Position numbers and translations under genes: made by a program. Positions 34,824 to 46,191 of a DNA stretch of 63,484 nucleotides are shown piece by piece. The first letter of the stretch is position 1, and each line of letters opens with the position of its first letter. Below the pieces are notes generated by a model, which was not told the DNA's origin, searched no databases, and saw only the letters and a program-made list of their open reading frames with translations. The stretch comes from an uncultured Gammaproteobacteria bacterium. GTDB taxonomy: Bacteria; Pseudomonadota; Gammaproteobacteria; DATFLG01. Where the stretch lies: contig CAZNBB010000005.1 in the NCBI GenBank assembly GCA_964571225.1, positions 1-63,484 of the forward strand, in the 5' to 3' direction.

Positions 34824-35994
34824 CGGCGCCTTCCTCGGGCAGGAACAGCGCAAGCAGATCATTCAGATATTGCCTGCCTGTGACGCTGGCCTGCAGGCCA
34901 TCCGTGCCGTGCCGTTCCAGCAGCCCGGCCGTCAGCCCCTGATCGATCGCCGCGGCGGCGGTCTCCAACGGCAGACCCGTGGCCGCCTTGAACTGACTGG
35001 CGGTGAAGCCCTCGTTCAGCCGCAGGCCGTTCATCATGAACTCCAGCACGGCGTCGACGGGCCGCAGCAGGGATTCGCCGCCCACCGCCTCCATGGTTCC
35101 CGCCCGCTCCACATAATCCCTGGGATGCTTGAGCTTCCAGCGCCGGGTTACCGCCTGGCGCTGGGCGTCCGTGATCTTTCCGTGGGCGCCGGCACCGATT
35201 CCGAGATAATCGCCGAAGCGCCAGTAGTTGAGGTTGTGATCGCATCGGCGCCCGGGGCGCGCATAGGCGGAAATCTCGTACTGAGTATAGCCGCCCGCCT
35301 CCAGCGCGGTCCGGCCCTGCTCCTGCATGGACCAGACGATGTCCTCCTCGGGGAGTGCGGGCGGATAGCGATGAAAGCGGGTATTGGGTTCCAGGGTGAG
35401 CTGGTAGAAGGATATATGGGCCGGCTCCAGATCCACCGCGATCGACACATCGGCCAGACACGCCCCCAGGCTTTGATCCGGCAGGCCGAACATCAGGTCC
35501 AGGTTGAAATTGTCCAGGCCCGCGTAGTGGGCACTCTCCGCCGCCCGAATGGCCTCGCGCCGGTCGTGGATGCGTCCCAGGCGTTCCAGCTGGTCGGGTT
35601 GAAAACTCTGCACGCCGATGGACAGGCGGTTGACCCCGGCGGCGCGATATTCGGCGAACCGGCCCTGCTCCACGGTGCCGGGATTGGCCTCCAGCGTGAT
35701 TTCCAGGGCCGGTTTGCAGCGCAGCCGGCTGCGTACCCCGGCGAGCAGTCGATCGATGGCCTCCGGCGAAAACAGGCTCGGTGTGCCACCGCCGATGAAG
35801 ATGCTTTGGACCACGCGGCCCCAGATGGCCGGCAGCTCGAACTCGATGTCGGCAAGCAGGGCATCCACATAGGCCTGTTCGGGAAGGTCCGTCTTCAGTT
35901 CGTGGGAGTTGAAGTCGCAGTACGGGCACTTGCGTACGCACCAGGGCAGGTGCACGTACAGGGCGAGGGGGGGCAGAGCGTCGAATCGGAACAT
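34801..35994 (-). CDS. hemW: Radical SAM heme chaperone HemW (HemN-like, oxygen-independent CPO III-like)
   Basis: LYVHLPWCVRKCPYCDFNSH CxxxCxxC motif. ATG 35994; the listed ORF is extended to 36057. Confidence 0.9.
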   Translation of the reverse strand: MFRFDALPPLALYVHLPWCVRKCPYCDFNSHELKTDLPEQAYVDALLADIEFELPAIWGRVVQSIFIGGGTPSLFSPEAIDRLLAGVRSRLRCKPALEITLEANPGTVEQGRFAEYRAAGVNRLSIGVQSFQPDQLERLGRIHDRREAIRAAESAHYAGLDNFNLDLMFGLPDQSLGACLADVSIAVDLEPAHISFYQLTLEPNTRFHRYPPALPEEDIVWSMQEQGRTALEAGGYTQYEISAYARPGRRCDHNLNYWRFGDYLGIGAGAHGKITDAQRQAVTRRWKLKHPRDYVERAGTMEAVGGESLLRPVDAVLEFMMNGLRLNEGFTASQFKAATGLPLETAAAAIDQGLTAGLLERHGTDGLQASVTGRQYLNDLLALFLPEEGADDRRDTG

Positions 35995-36066
35995 AAGTCT
36001 ACCGCTAAAGGGGCCGGGGCGCGGCCGGGATGCAGTGCAGCCCGACGATCGGCGCACACCGACGGT

Positions 36067-36975
36067 TCAGGGCCGCGACGGCGGCGCGGCGGTGGCCTTG
36101 CGGCGCCAGTCTGCCGCCTTGGCGGGGTCGGCTTTCACGCCCAGCAGCCCCTGGTCGTACACATGGGCCAGCGCCGCCATGGCGTGGCGATTGCCTGCAT
36201 CTGCGGCGCGCTTCAGCCAATACAGGGCCTTGTCCTTGTTCGCCAGCACGTCCCAGGCGCCGCTTTCGTAGCGCAGGCCCAGTTCGTACTGGGCCTGGGC
36301 ATCGCCATTGTGTGCCCGGCGCTTGAGGGCCTCGGCGGACTCGCGGTAGGTGGCCGAGGTCTGCTGGCCCATTTCACTGATGGCATGCAGCAGTTTGATG
36401 GCATCCGAATCGCCCTGGGCGGCCGCCCTTTCCAACCAGCTGCGGCCCAGTTCCTTGTCCTGGGGGACGCCGAAGCCCTGATAGTACATCTTGCCGATTA
36501 GGAACTTCGCGTCCGCGTTGCCCTGCTGGGCGGAGAGCGTGAGCCAGTGCGCGGCCTGGGAAGGCTTGCGCGGTGTGCCCTCGCCGTGCAGGTAGGCGCG
36601 TCCCAGGTCGTACTGGGCCTTGGCGTTGCCGGCGGCGGCCGACTTCTTCCACCAGTAGACGGCGTGGGCAGGGTCCTTGCCGACGCCCTTGCCCTGGGCA
36701 TACAGATCACCCACCAGCTGCTGGGCGTAGGGCTGGCCGTCGCGGGCCGCGCGGGTGAGCCAGAACGCTGCCTTCCCGGGATCGGGCTGCAGGCCGTAGC
36801 GGCCCTCCAGATAAGCCAGGCCCAGCAGCAGCTGGGCGCTGGGGTTCTCGTTCTTCGCGGCGGCGGAAATGGTCGCCAGCTCCTTGGCGGCGTCGGTGGG
36901 CTCGGCGGCCAGGGCGGGCGCGCCCAGGACCAGGCACAGACTAATGGCAATCGGGACGTGGGACAGCTTGTGCAT
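36067..36975 (-). CDS. Sel1-repeat (SLR/TPR-like) periplasmic protein
   Basis: Signal peptide MHKLSHVPIAISLCLVLGAPALA, followed by about 7 Sel1 repeats (AQ..LG..Y..G.GV..D...A..W...AA..G). Confidence 0.85.
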   Translation of the reverse strand: MHKLSHVPIAISLCLVLGAPALAAEPTDAAKELATISAAAKNENPSAQLLLGLAYLEGRYGLQPDPGKAAFWLTRAARDGQPYAQQLVGDLYAQGKGVGKDPAHAVYWWKKSAAAGNAKAQYDLGRAYLHGEGTPRKPSQAAHWLTLSAQQGNADAKFLIGKMYYQGFGVPQDKELGRSWLERAAAQGDSDAIKLLHAISEMGQQTSATYRESAEALKRRAHNGDAQAQYELGLRYESGAWDVLANKDKALYWLKRAADAGNRHAMAALAHVYDQGLLGVKADPAKAADWRRKATAAPPSRP

Positions 36976-37020
36976 TGCGTGCTACCGGTTCATCAGCGGG
37001 TAGTTCGGAGTGTCGTCGCC

Positions 37021-37692
37021 TCAGTGGGTCGGGGGCGCCCGGTCGATCTTGTAGAGCACCGCGATCAACACCAGTGTTGCCCCCAGCATCAGATGGGGGC
37101 CGAACAGCCAGAATACCAGAGGTACGGAAACGTAGTAGGCCCGCATGCCCAGACTGTAGTAGCCGCCTGCGCGGTTCAGGTGGATCGCCACGCGTTTCGC
37201 CGTGAGGGCCTTGGGCCTTCGTTCCGTCGGCACGCCGATCAGGTAGCCCACATGGTTGAACATGCGGATGGACATGGAAAAGCTGAAGAAGGCGACGAAG
37301 AAGTCGGCCACCAGCAGCAGGGATTTCGCCACCCACAGGCCCGGGTGGCGGGAACCGAGCACGCTGATGGTGTGGAACGAGGCGGCCAGCTTGTCGGCCT
37401 GTTCGGTCAGGGTCAGGGTGCCTATGATCAGCAGCACGGCGGTGGAGGCCAGGAAGGTGGCCGCCATGGTGGAATTGCGCAGGGTCTGCACGCCCACGAT
37501 GGCCTGGCCGTCGCCGTCCATGATGTTTTCCACCCAGGCCGTACGGGCGGCCCGATTGATGGACTGGATGGTATAGGAGGAGTCGTGACGCAGCCGGTAC
37601 GCCAGATACAGATGGTAGCCGGCCAGCAGGGCGACGCTGGTGCCGAAGCTGATGATGTCGCTGCCGTATTCGCTCCACCAGTGGCCCTGCAT
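37021..37692 (-). CDS. DUF599-like integral membrane protein
   Basis: 223 aa with about 4 TM segments. The family assignment is from memory of DUF599 features. Confidence 0.6.
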   Translation of the reverse strand: MQGHWWSEYGSDIISFGTSVALLAGYHLYLAYRLRHDSSYTIQSINRAARTAWVENIMDGDGQAIVGVQTLRNSTMAATFLASTAVLLIIGTLTLTEQADKLAASFHTISVLGSRHPGLWVAKSLLLVADFFVAFFSFSMSIRMFNHVGYLIGVPTERRPKALTAKRVAIHLNRAGGYYSLGMRAYYVSVPLVFWLFGPHLMLGATLVLIAVLYKIDRAPPTH

Positions 37693-37777
37693 CGTTAAAC
37701 CTTTCCTGCGCGACGACCGTTCGGCGGCCGCGGCGAAGCCGGGCGTGGGCCGGGAAGGGGCGGCCGATCCACCACGC

Positions 37778-38361
37778 CTATCCCAGAGCCCGGACCAGCT
37801 TGGTCAGCGCCTGGCCGCGGTGGCTCAGCCGGTTCTTGATCTCCGCCGGCAGCTCGGCGGCCGAGCAGTCGTGGGTGGGGACGTAGAATACCGGATCGTA
37901 GCCGAAGCCGTTGTCGCCGCGGGGCGCGCTCAGAATCCGACCTTCCCAGGTGCCCTGGCAGATGAGGGGCGTGGGGTCCGCGTCATGACGCAGGTACACC
38001 ATGACGCATTGGAAACGCGCCGTGCGGGCCCCTTCCTCCACGCCTTCCAGTGCGGCCAGCAGCGTGTGCACGTTGTCCTGATCGCTGGCGCCGCTGCCGG
38101 CATAGCGGGCCGAGTAAATGCCGGGCCCGCCGTTCAGGGCGTCCACCTCGATGCCCGAGTCGTCGCCTATGGCGGGCAGGCCTGTGTGGCGGGCGGCGTT
38201 ACGGGCCTTGAGGATGGCGTTTTCCACGAAGGTCAGGCCGGTCTCCTCCGCCTCCGGTACCCCGTATTGGGACTGGGGTACCACCTGCAGGTCATGGCCC
38301 TCGAGCAACTCGTTGATCTCGCGCACCTTGCCCGGGTTGCCGCTGGCCAGCACCACGGTCT

Positions 38362-38365
<4 letters not shown>
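37778..38365 (-). CDS. rdgB: dITP/XTP pyrophosphatase (Ham1/RdgB)
   Basis: [21 protein letters not shown]...GFGYDPVF...; ATG 38365 overlaps the rph stop (ATGA). The listed 398-aa ORF is an out-of-context extension. Confidence 0.93.
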
Positions 38366-39087
<722 letters not shown>

Positions 39088-39152
39088 AGGGGCTCCTCGG
39101 TTGCGTGGCAAAAACGGCATTATAAGCCCGCGGACCGTGTGCGCCTAAAGCG

Positions 39153-40022
39153 TCAGTCCTGCATTTCGGTACCGTACTTGCGGATAGCGCGGTGAATCTC
39201 TGCGATCGCACTGGTGAGCCGGTCCGGCGGCCGCCGGGTCCGGCCGCGGCTGTCCTGGCCGGCCGGCGCGCGGGTGGCATCCTGGTCGTCGTGCCAACGC
39301 AGGGCGACAGCGGTGATGTTGTCGCTGTGGGGGTAGCTGGCGCGCTGGGCGGACTCGGAAAGGGTATCCAGCCCCGCCGCGAGGTCCGCGTTGTCGGCCA
39401 GCGCTTCGATCCGGTCCTGGGACAGAGCCGACCAGAGCCCGTCGGAACACAACAGCAGCAGGTCGTCGGGCTGCAGGCTGACCGGTACTCCCAAGGTGGG
39501 CAGCGGCGACTCCAGGGTGCCGCCCACGCATCGGGTGACGTAGTTGCGCATGGGGTGGCGGGCGATTTCCTCTGCGGTCAGCATGCCCTGCTGATGCATG
39601 TCCTCCACGAAGGTGTGGTCCTTGGTGCGCGTCACGATATGCCCGTTGCGCAGCAGGTAGAGCCGGCTGTCGCCGACATGCAGCCAGTGGGCATGGCCGT
39701 GCTGTATCAGGCAGACCACCGCCGTGGTGCGCGGCTGGATGGGGGGGTGATGGGCCTGTCCGGCCTCGAGTATGACCCCGTGGGCATGCTCCAGGGTGGA
39801 GCGCAGGAAGGCCGTCGGGTCGGGCAGCGGCAGGTGTGAGGCCTCGAACCGCCGCCCATACTCGTCCACCAGCTTCTGGGCCGCCAGGTCGCCGCCCGCG
39901 TGTCCTCCCATGCCGTCGGCGAGCACCAGCAGGACGGCGGATTTGCGCTCCCGGGCGATGCACCGGTCCTGGTTGCTGGCGCGGTCGCCCAGCCGGCTGG
40001 CGAATCCCAGTTCGTACCGCAC
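39153..40022 (-). CDS. PP2C-family Ser/Thr protein phosphatase
   Basis: ...NQDRCIA...LLVLADGMGGHAGGDLAA...LLCSDGLW... PPM motifs. Confidence 0.88.
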   Translation of the reverse strand: MRYELGFASRLGDRASNQDRCIARERKSAVLLVLADGMGGHAGGDLAAQKLVDEYGRRFEASHLPLPDPTAFLRSTLEHAHGVILEAGQAHHPPIQPRTTAVVCLIQHGHAHWLHVGDSRLYLLRNGHIVTRTKDHTFVEDMHQQGMLTAEEIARHPMRNYVTRCVGGTLESPLPTLGVPVSLQPDDLLLLCSDGLWSALSQDRIEALADNADLAAGLDTLSESAQRASYPHSDNITAVALRWHDDQDATRAPAGQDSRGRTRRPPDRLTSAIAEIHRAIRKYGTEMQD

Positions 40023-40033
40023 GGGGCGGTCCC

Positions 40034-40957
40034 CTAGGCTCCGGCCGGATAGCTGCGCATGGCGGCCGTCGGCAGATCATTGGGCGCTTCGGTTCCCAGC
40101 GCCGCGCGGAACTCCCCGACGCTCTGTGGTCGCAGCAGGGGATCCACTTCCATCGCCCAGTCCAGGGCGGCCAGCAGCGTGTCCGGGTAGCGCTTGCGGA
40201 ACGCTGTCTTGGCGGGGCGCAGCGCATCGGTGAGGTAGCGGTCCCTGGCCGGTGGCGGCGGGCGGCCTTCGATGCAGGTGCGGATGGTGGCGCCCAGGGC
40301 GTAGATGTCCGTCCACGGACCCACGTAGCCGTACTTGTCGTATTGCTCGATGGGCGAGTAGCCGGGGCTGATCACCTGCCCGGGCTGTTCCATGCGGCTT
40401 TGCGGGAACCCGTGAACGGCGCCGAAATCCAGCAGCAGGGGCTGTCCGCCGGGCCGTATGTGTATGTTGCCCGGCTTGATGTCCAGGTGCAGCAGGTCCC
40501 GGGAATGGATCAGCTCCAGGCCGTCCAGCAGGGGCGGGAACACGGTCTGCAGGAACCGTTCGCTGAGCTTTCCGCGCCGGCCCCGGATATAGGCCTCCAG
40601 GTTCCTGCCCTCCTGATACTCCATGACCATGTACACGGTACCGTTGGCCCGGAAGAAGCTCCGTACGTTGACGATATTGGGATGCTTGAGGGTGGCCAGG
40701 GTGCTGGCTTCCTGAAAGAACAGCATACGGCCGCGATGGAACCGGTCGGATTCCGCTTCGCTGCGCGCCCGCACGGTAAGGTCCTTGGCCCGCACGGCCA
40801 GGGCGCCCGGCATGTACTCCTTGATGACCACCGGCGTGCCGCTGGACTGCTCGGTTGCCAGGTACACGACACTGAAACCGCCCCCGCCCAGGGTCTTGCT
40901 GATGCGATACTGGTCCAGTACCGTGCCAGCGGGCAGGCTCTTCAACTTCCTGATCAT
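40034..40957 (-). CDS. Hanks-type Ser/Thr protein kinase, catalytic domain only (307 aa)
   Basis: GGGGFSVVYLA (G-loop), VVIKEY (Lys), HLDIKPGN (catalytic loop), DFGAV, and SPGYSPIEQ. ATG 40957; the 692-aa listed ORF is an extension antisense to yicC. Confidence 0.88.
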   Translation of the reverse strand: MIRKLKSLPAGTVLDQYRISKTLGGGGFSVVYLATEQSSGTPVVIKEYMPGALAVRAKDLTVRARSEAESDRFHRGRMLFFQEASTLATLKHPNIVNVRSFFRANGTVYMVMEYQEGRNLEAYIRGRRGKLSERFLQTVFPPLLDGLELIHSRDLLHLDIKPGNIHIRPGGQPLLLDFGAVHGFPQSRMEQPGQVISPGYSPIEQYDKYGYVGPWTDIYALGATIRTCIEGRPPPPARDRYLTDALRPAKTAFRKRYPDTLLAALDWAMEVDPLLRPQSVGEFRAALGTEAPNDLPTAAMRSYPAGA

Positions 40958-41089
40958 AAGATCCAATTCGGGTCGGTGGGCATGCGCGGTGCCGCCTGTG
41001 GACATGCGCGCCGGTTTCGCCGTCCGCACAATGCGCTTACCATTGAGGCCATTGCATTGTTCATCGGCCGACGGGACAGGGAACTTGAG

Positions 41090-41956
41090 ATGATCCGGAG
41101 CATGACCGCCTTCGCGCGCTGCGAGCGCCATGGCGAATGGGGCCGCCTGACCTGGGAGCTGCGTTCGGTCAATCACCGCTATCTGGAAGTGAGTCTGCGC
41201 CTTCCGGAGGACCTGCGGGCATTGGAGCCGGCGGTGCGCGAGCGGGTCAACGCCCACCTGCGCCGTGGCAAGGTGGAATGTAACCTGCGCTTTCGGCCGG
41301 ACCCGGCCGCGGTCCCGGAGATCGCTCTCAATGGCGATTACCTGGACCGGCTGCTGGACGCTTCCCGCGCGGTGGAAGAACGCCTGACCCGGGCTGGCGC
41401 CGTCAATCCGGTGGACGTGCTGCGCTGGCCCGGGGTGGTGCGGGAGGCCGAGCAGGATCTGGGGCCGGTTATCGAACAGGCCATGGCAGGGTTGGATGCG
41501 GCGCTGGCCGATCTGGTCGCCACCCGCGAACGGGAGGGCGAGCAGATTGCCGGCTGGTTGCGCAGCCGCTGCGACGCCATCGAGGCCGAGACGGTGCAGG
41601 TTCGCGGGCGTCTGCCCGAGATCCGCGAGCGGCTGCGTGAGCGCACCCTCGCGCGACTGGCGGACGTTGCGGCGGAGGCCGACGCGGGCCGGCTGGAACA
41701 GGAATTGGTGCTGCAGGCCCAGAAGATGGATGCCGACGAAGAGCTCGACCGTCTGGGCGGTCACGTGGCAGAGATCCGTCGGGTACTGGACCGCCAGGAG
41801 CCGGTGGGCCGGCGGTTGGACTTCCTGATGCAGGAGCTGAACCGCGAGGCCAACACCCTGGGGTCGAAGTCGGTGGATGGGGACAGCAGCCGGGCCGCTG
41901 TGGAGTTGAAGGTGTTGATCGAACAGATGCGCGAACAGGTCCAGAACGTGGAGTAA
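41090..41956 (+). CDS. yicC: YicC family stress-induced protein
   Basis: MIRSMTAFARCERHGEWGRLTWELRSVNHRYLE...EANTLGSK... Confidence 0.9.
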   Translation: MIRSMTAFARCERHGEWGRLTWELRSVNHRYLEVSLRLPEDLRALEPAVRERVNAHLRRGKVECNLRFRPDPAAVPEIALNGDYLDRLLDASRAVEERLTRAGAVNPVDVLRWPGVVREAEQDLGPVIEQAMAGLDAALADLVATREREGEQIAGWLRSRCDAIEAETVQVRGRLPEIRERLRERTLARLADVAAEADAGRLEQELVLQAQKMDADEELDRLGGHVAEIRRVLDRQEPVGRRLDFLMQELNREANTLGSKSVDGDSSRAAVELKVLIEQMREQVQNVE

Positions 41957-41982
41957 TCCCCCGGCTGGACGCTTTACTATAA

Positions 41983-42681
<699 letters not shown>

Positions 42682-42743
42682 ATCCGCTAGACTGGCTTGC
42701 CCTAACTATCTGTTAGATCTACTGACTTGCAGGACGGGAACCC

Positions 42744-43052
42744 ATGGCACGCGTAACTGTAGAAGACTGTCTGAGTAACATGGAAAATCGCTTCCAGCTG
42801 GTGCTGGTGGCTACCAAACGGGCCCGCCAGCTGGCCAATGGGGCCGATGCCATGGTGCCCTGGGAAAATGACAAGCCGACGGTGGTGGCGCTGCGGGAAA
42901 TCGCCGATGACCTGGTCGGACCGTCGATCCTCGATGAAGTCAGCGCCCGCGAGCATGCCACCGAGTCTTCGATGACCGACGATGAGGCGCGCGTCGAAGA
43001 GGAAGCGCCGCCGGTGGGGTCGGCTCCGGAAGCGAGCAACAGCGAAGACTGA
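42744..43052 (+). CDS. rpoZ: DNA-directed RNA polymerase subunit omega
   Basis: [30 protein letters not shown]... Confidence 0.95.
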   Translation: MARVTVEDCLSNMENRFQLVLVATKRARQLANGADAMVPWENDKPTVVALREIADDLVGPSILDEVSAREHATESSMTDDEARVEEEAPPVGSAPEASNSED

Positions 43053-43297
43053 CGGCCTGGCCGACTCCCCTTCCCTGTGCCGGCGGGGCGCTTTCCTGTC
43101 GCTGATCCCAGCGGAGTGTCTTCCGGTCCTGGCGCCCGGCGGACCACTGCGGCGCTGGCCGGGAGAACCGATATCCGTCTGCCATACCCCCACGCCTTGC
43201 GGTCTGCAGTCCGCCGGACGCGACCCCCGCTCCGGGCGGCTTCCCTTCGACCTGTGCCCCAACGATTGCCCCGTTAATCAGGGCGGGTGTTTGTCCC

Positions 43298-45550
43298 GTG
43301 CCGCGAATATCCTATGATCAATTGGCGATAACCCCGGGCCCGGACAAATCCCGGCCGTGGGCCCGTAAGGACGGCACGGCGGCGGCGATGGCGGCGAGAG
43401 CGGAGACCACTACAAACGAGAACGGGTCGCGCTTTCTGATCAGCGACCTGTGCGACCTGCTGGAGACCTATCTGCCCGCCGACCGGGTGCGGGAGGTCTA
43501 CCGGGCCTATCTGTTCGGAGCGGAGGCCCACGAGGGTCAGCGCCGGATGTCCGGCGAGCCCTACATCTACCACCCCATGGAAGTGGCCCGCATCCTGGCC
43601 GAGATGCACATGGACTACCAGAGCATCGTGGCGGCGGTGCTCCACGATGTCATCGAAGACACGGCCACCGCCAAGGAACAGGTGGCCCGCGAGTTCGGGG
43701 AGGACGTGGCCGAACTCGTCGACGGGGTCAGCAAGCTGACCCAGATCCAGTTCGAAAGCCGTGCCGAGGCCCAGGCCGAGAACTTCCGCAAGATGCTCCT
43801 CGCCATGGTGCGGGACATCCGGGTGATTCTCATCAAGCTCGCCGATCGCCTGCACAACATGCGCACCCTGGGTGCGATGCCGGCCGAGAAGCGCCGGCGC
43901 ATCGCCCACGAAACGCTCGAAATCTATGCGCCCATCGCCAACCGCCTGGGTATGAACACCATGCGTCTGGAGTTGGAGGACCTGGGTTTCGCCGCCCTGT
44001 ATCCGGCCCGCTACCGGGTGTTGGCCGAGGCGGTGCGCAAGGCCCGTGGCAACCGCAAGGAAATCGTTCAGAAGATCGAGGCGGCGATCCGAGAACGCCT
44101 CGAAAAGGAAGGACTGTCGTGCCGGGTGGTGGGGCGCGAGAAGCACCTCTACAGCCTCTACCAGAAGATGCGCTCCAAGACCCTGCCGTTCTCGGAGGTG
44201 TTCGATGTCTACGCTTTCCGGCTGATCGTGGACCAGGTCGACACCTGCTATCGGGTGCTGGGTGTGATGCACAACCTCTACAAACCGGTGCCCGGGCGCT
44301 TCAAGGACTATGTCGCCATCCCCAAGGCCAACGGCTACCAGTCCCTGCACACGGTGCTGTTCGGACCCTACGGGGTGCCCATCGAGATACAGATCCGCAC
44401 CGAAGACATGGACCGGGTCGCCGAAGCGGGGATTGCGGCCCACTGGCTCTATAAGACCGGCGACAAGAGCCGCAACAGCGCCCAGGCCCGCGCCCGCGAA
44501 TGGCTGCGCGAGCTGCTGGAGATGCAGAAGCACGCGGGCAACTCCCTGGAGTTCCTCGAGAACGTCAAGATCGACCTGTTTCCCGACGAAGTCTATGTCT
44601 TCACCCCCAAGGGCGAGATCATGGAGCTTCCCCGCGGCGCCACGGCGGTGGATTTCGCCTATGCAGTGCATACCGACGTGGGCAGCACCTGTATCGCCGC
44701 CAAGATCGACCGGCGTCTGGCACCCCTGCGCACGCCCCTGCTCAACGGGCAGACGGTGGAGATCATCACCGCGCCCGGCGCCCATCCCAATCCGGCCTGG
44801 CTCAATTTCGTGGTCACCGGCAAGGCGCGTTCCAACATCCGCCACTACCTGAAGAATCTGCGCCGGGAGGAGGCCATCAACCTGGGGCGCCGCCTGCTGG
44901 ACAAGGCGATGGCCGGGTTGTCCCTGTCCCTGGTGGATCTGGCGCAAACGCAGTTGGACGGCTATCTCAGCGAGTGTCAGCTGGCCAGCGTGGACGACCT
45001 GCTGGAGGACATCGGCCTGGGCAACCGCATGGCGGTACTGGTGGCGCGCCGGTTGGCGGCCGTGGAGGGGCCCAAGGAGGCTCCCGCCGCCGAGACCGAG
45101 GATACCCGCCCTCTGGGGATCAAGGGTACCGAGGGCATGGTGGTGAACTTTGCCCGCTGCTGCCGGCCCATTCCCGGTGATCCCATCGTCGGTTTCGTGA
45201 GTGCCGGACGGGGGATCGTCATCCACAACCAGCACTGCAAGAACGTCGCCGAGTACCGCAACCTGCCGGAGAAGTGGATCGACGTGCAGTGGGAGACGGA
45301 GGTCAGTGGGGAATTCCCGGCCGAAATCCGGGTGGACGTGGCCAACGAGCGCGGGGTGCTCGCCACTGTGGCCGCCTCCATTTCCGATACCGGTTCCAAT
45401 ATCGAAAACGTGTCCATCGAAGAGCGGGACGGTCAGAACACCACCTTGATCTTCACTCTGGCGGTCCACGACCGTCGCCACCTGGCGCGGGTGATGCGCC
45501 GGGTTCGCAGTCTCCCCGCAGTGCTGCGCATCAGCCGCAGCCGCGGTTGA
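43298..45550 (+). CDS. spoT: Bifunctional (p)ppGpp synthetase/hydrolase
   Basis: HD domain EAHEGQRRMSGEPYIYHPMEVA, synthetase, TGS and ACT regions. The true start may be ATG 43388. Confidence 0.93.
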   Translation: MPRISYDQLAITPGPDKSRPWARKDGTAAAMAARAETTTNENGSRFLISDLCDLLETYLPADRVREVYRAYLFGAEAHEGQRRMSGEPYIYHPMEVARILAEMHMDYQSIVAAVLHDVIEDTATAKEQVAREFGEDVAELVDGVSKLTQIQFESRAEAQAENFRKMLLAMVRDIRVILIKLADRLHNMRTLGAMPAEKRRRIAHETLEIYAPIANRLGMNTMRLELEDLGFAALYPARYRVLAEAVRKARGNRKEIVQKIEAAIRERLEKEGLSCRVVGREKHLYSLYQKMRSKTLPFSEVFDVYAFRLIVDQVDTCYRVLGVMHNLYKPVPGRFKDYVAIPKANGYQSLHTVLFGPYGVPIEIQIRTEDMDRVAEAGIAAHWLYKTGDKSRNSAQARAREWLRELLEMQKHAGNSLEFLENVKIDLFPDEVYVFTPKGEIMELPRGATAVDFAYAVHTDVGSTCIAAKIDRRLAPLRTPLLNGQTVEIITAPGAHPNPAWLNFVVTGKARSNIRHYLKNLRREEAINLGRRLLDKAMAGLSLSLVDLAQTQLDGYLSECQLASVDDLLEDIGLGNRMAVLVARRLAAVEGPKEAPAAETEDTRPLGIKGTEGMVVNFARCCRPIPGDPIVGFVSAGRGIVIHNQHCKNVAEYRNLPEKWIDVQWETEVSGEFPAEIRVDVANERGVLATVAASISDTGSNIENVSIEERDGQNTTLIFTLAVHDRRHLARVMRRVRSLPAVLRISRSRG

Positions 45551-45625
45551 GCTTGGTTGCCGACGGATGCACGGCCCGGCGCTATGGGTCATCATGTGGC
45601 CCCTGTCCAACAGCGGGAGCGATCG

Positions 45626-46012
45626 ATGCCACGTGAAATCATCCAGACCGACCGGGCGCCCCAGGCGATCGGCACCTACTCCCAGGCGGTGCGCACCGGC
45701 GATACCGTCTACCTGTCCGGCCAGATACCGCTGGTGCCGGGCACCATGGAACTGGTCGACGGGGACATGGAGGCCCAGATCCGGCAGGTGTTCGACAATC
45801 TGACGGCGGTTGCGCAGGCGGCGGGCGGCGATCTGGCGGCCGTCGCCAAGCTGAACATCTATCTCACCGACCTGGCTCACTTCCCGCTGGTGAACCAGAT
45901 CATGGCCGAGTATTTCCAGGAGCCGTTCCCCGCCCGTGCCGCCATTGGCGTGGCGGCGCTGCCCAAGGGTGCCGGCGTGGAGATGGATGCCGTGCTGGTG
46001 CTGGATCGGTAG
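45626..46012 (+). CDS. ridA: RidA/YjgF family reactive intermediate deaminase
   Basis: [35 protein letters not shown]...[19 protein letters not shown]. Confidence 0.9.
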   Translation: MPREIIQTDRAPQAIGTYSQAVRTGDTVYLSGQIPLVPGTMELVDGDMEAQIRQVFDNLTAVAQAAGGDLAAVAKLNIYLTDLAHFPLVNQIMAEYFQEPFPARAAIGVAALPKGAGVEMDAVLVLDR

Positions 46013-46191
46013 CGCGGCAGGTCGGTGAGGCTGAGCGTGGGAGGCCCGACTGGCCCAGGGCGCTGGTGCCGACCGGTGCCGATGGTACGGCACGGGGAGA
46101 TGGTCCGCGTCACCCAACGACGGTGTGCGCCGAAACGACACGGCCGCCATAGCGATATGACCGTAGGGACAGGGATCTAGGGGCCGCCGCC

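Noticed and set aside
43274-46150. 958-aa ORF on the minus strand
   Set aside because: It is antisense to spoT and ridA, has no recognisable motifs, and has junk-like composition. It is a high-GC artefact.
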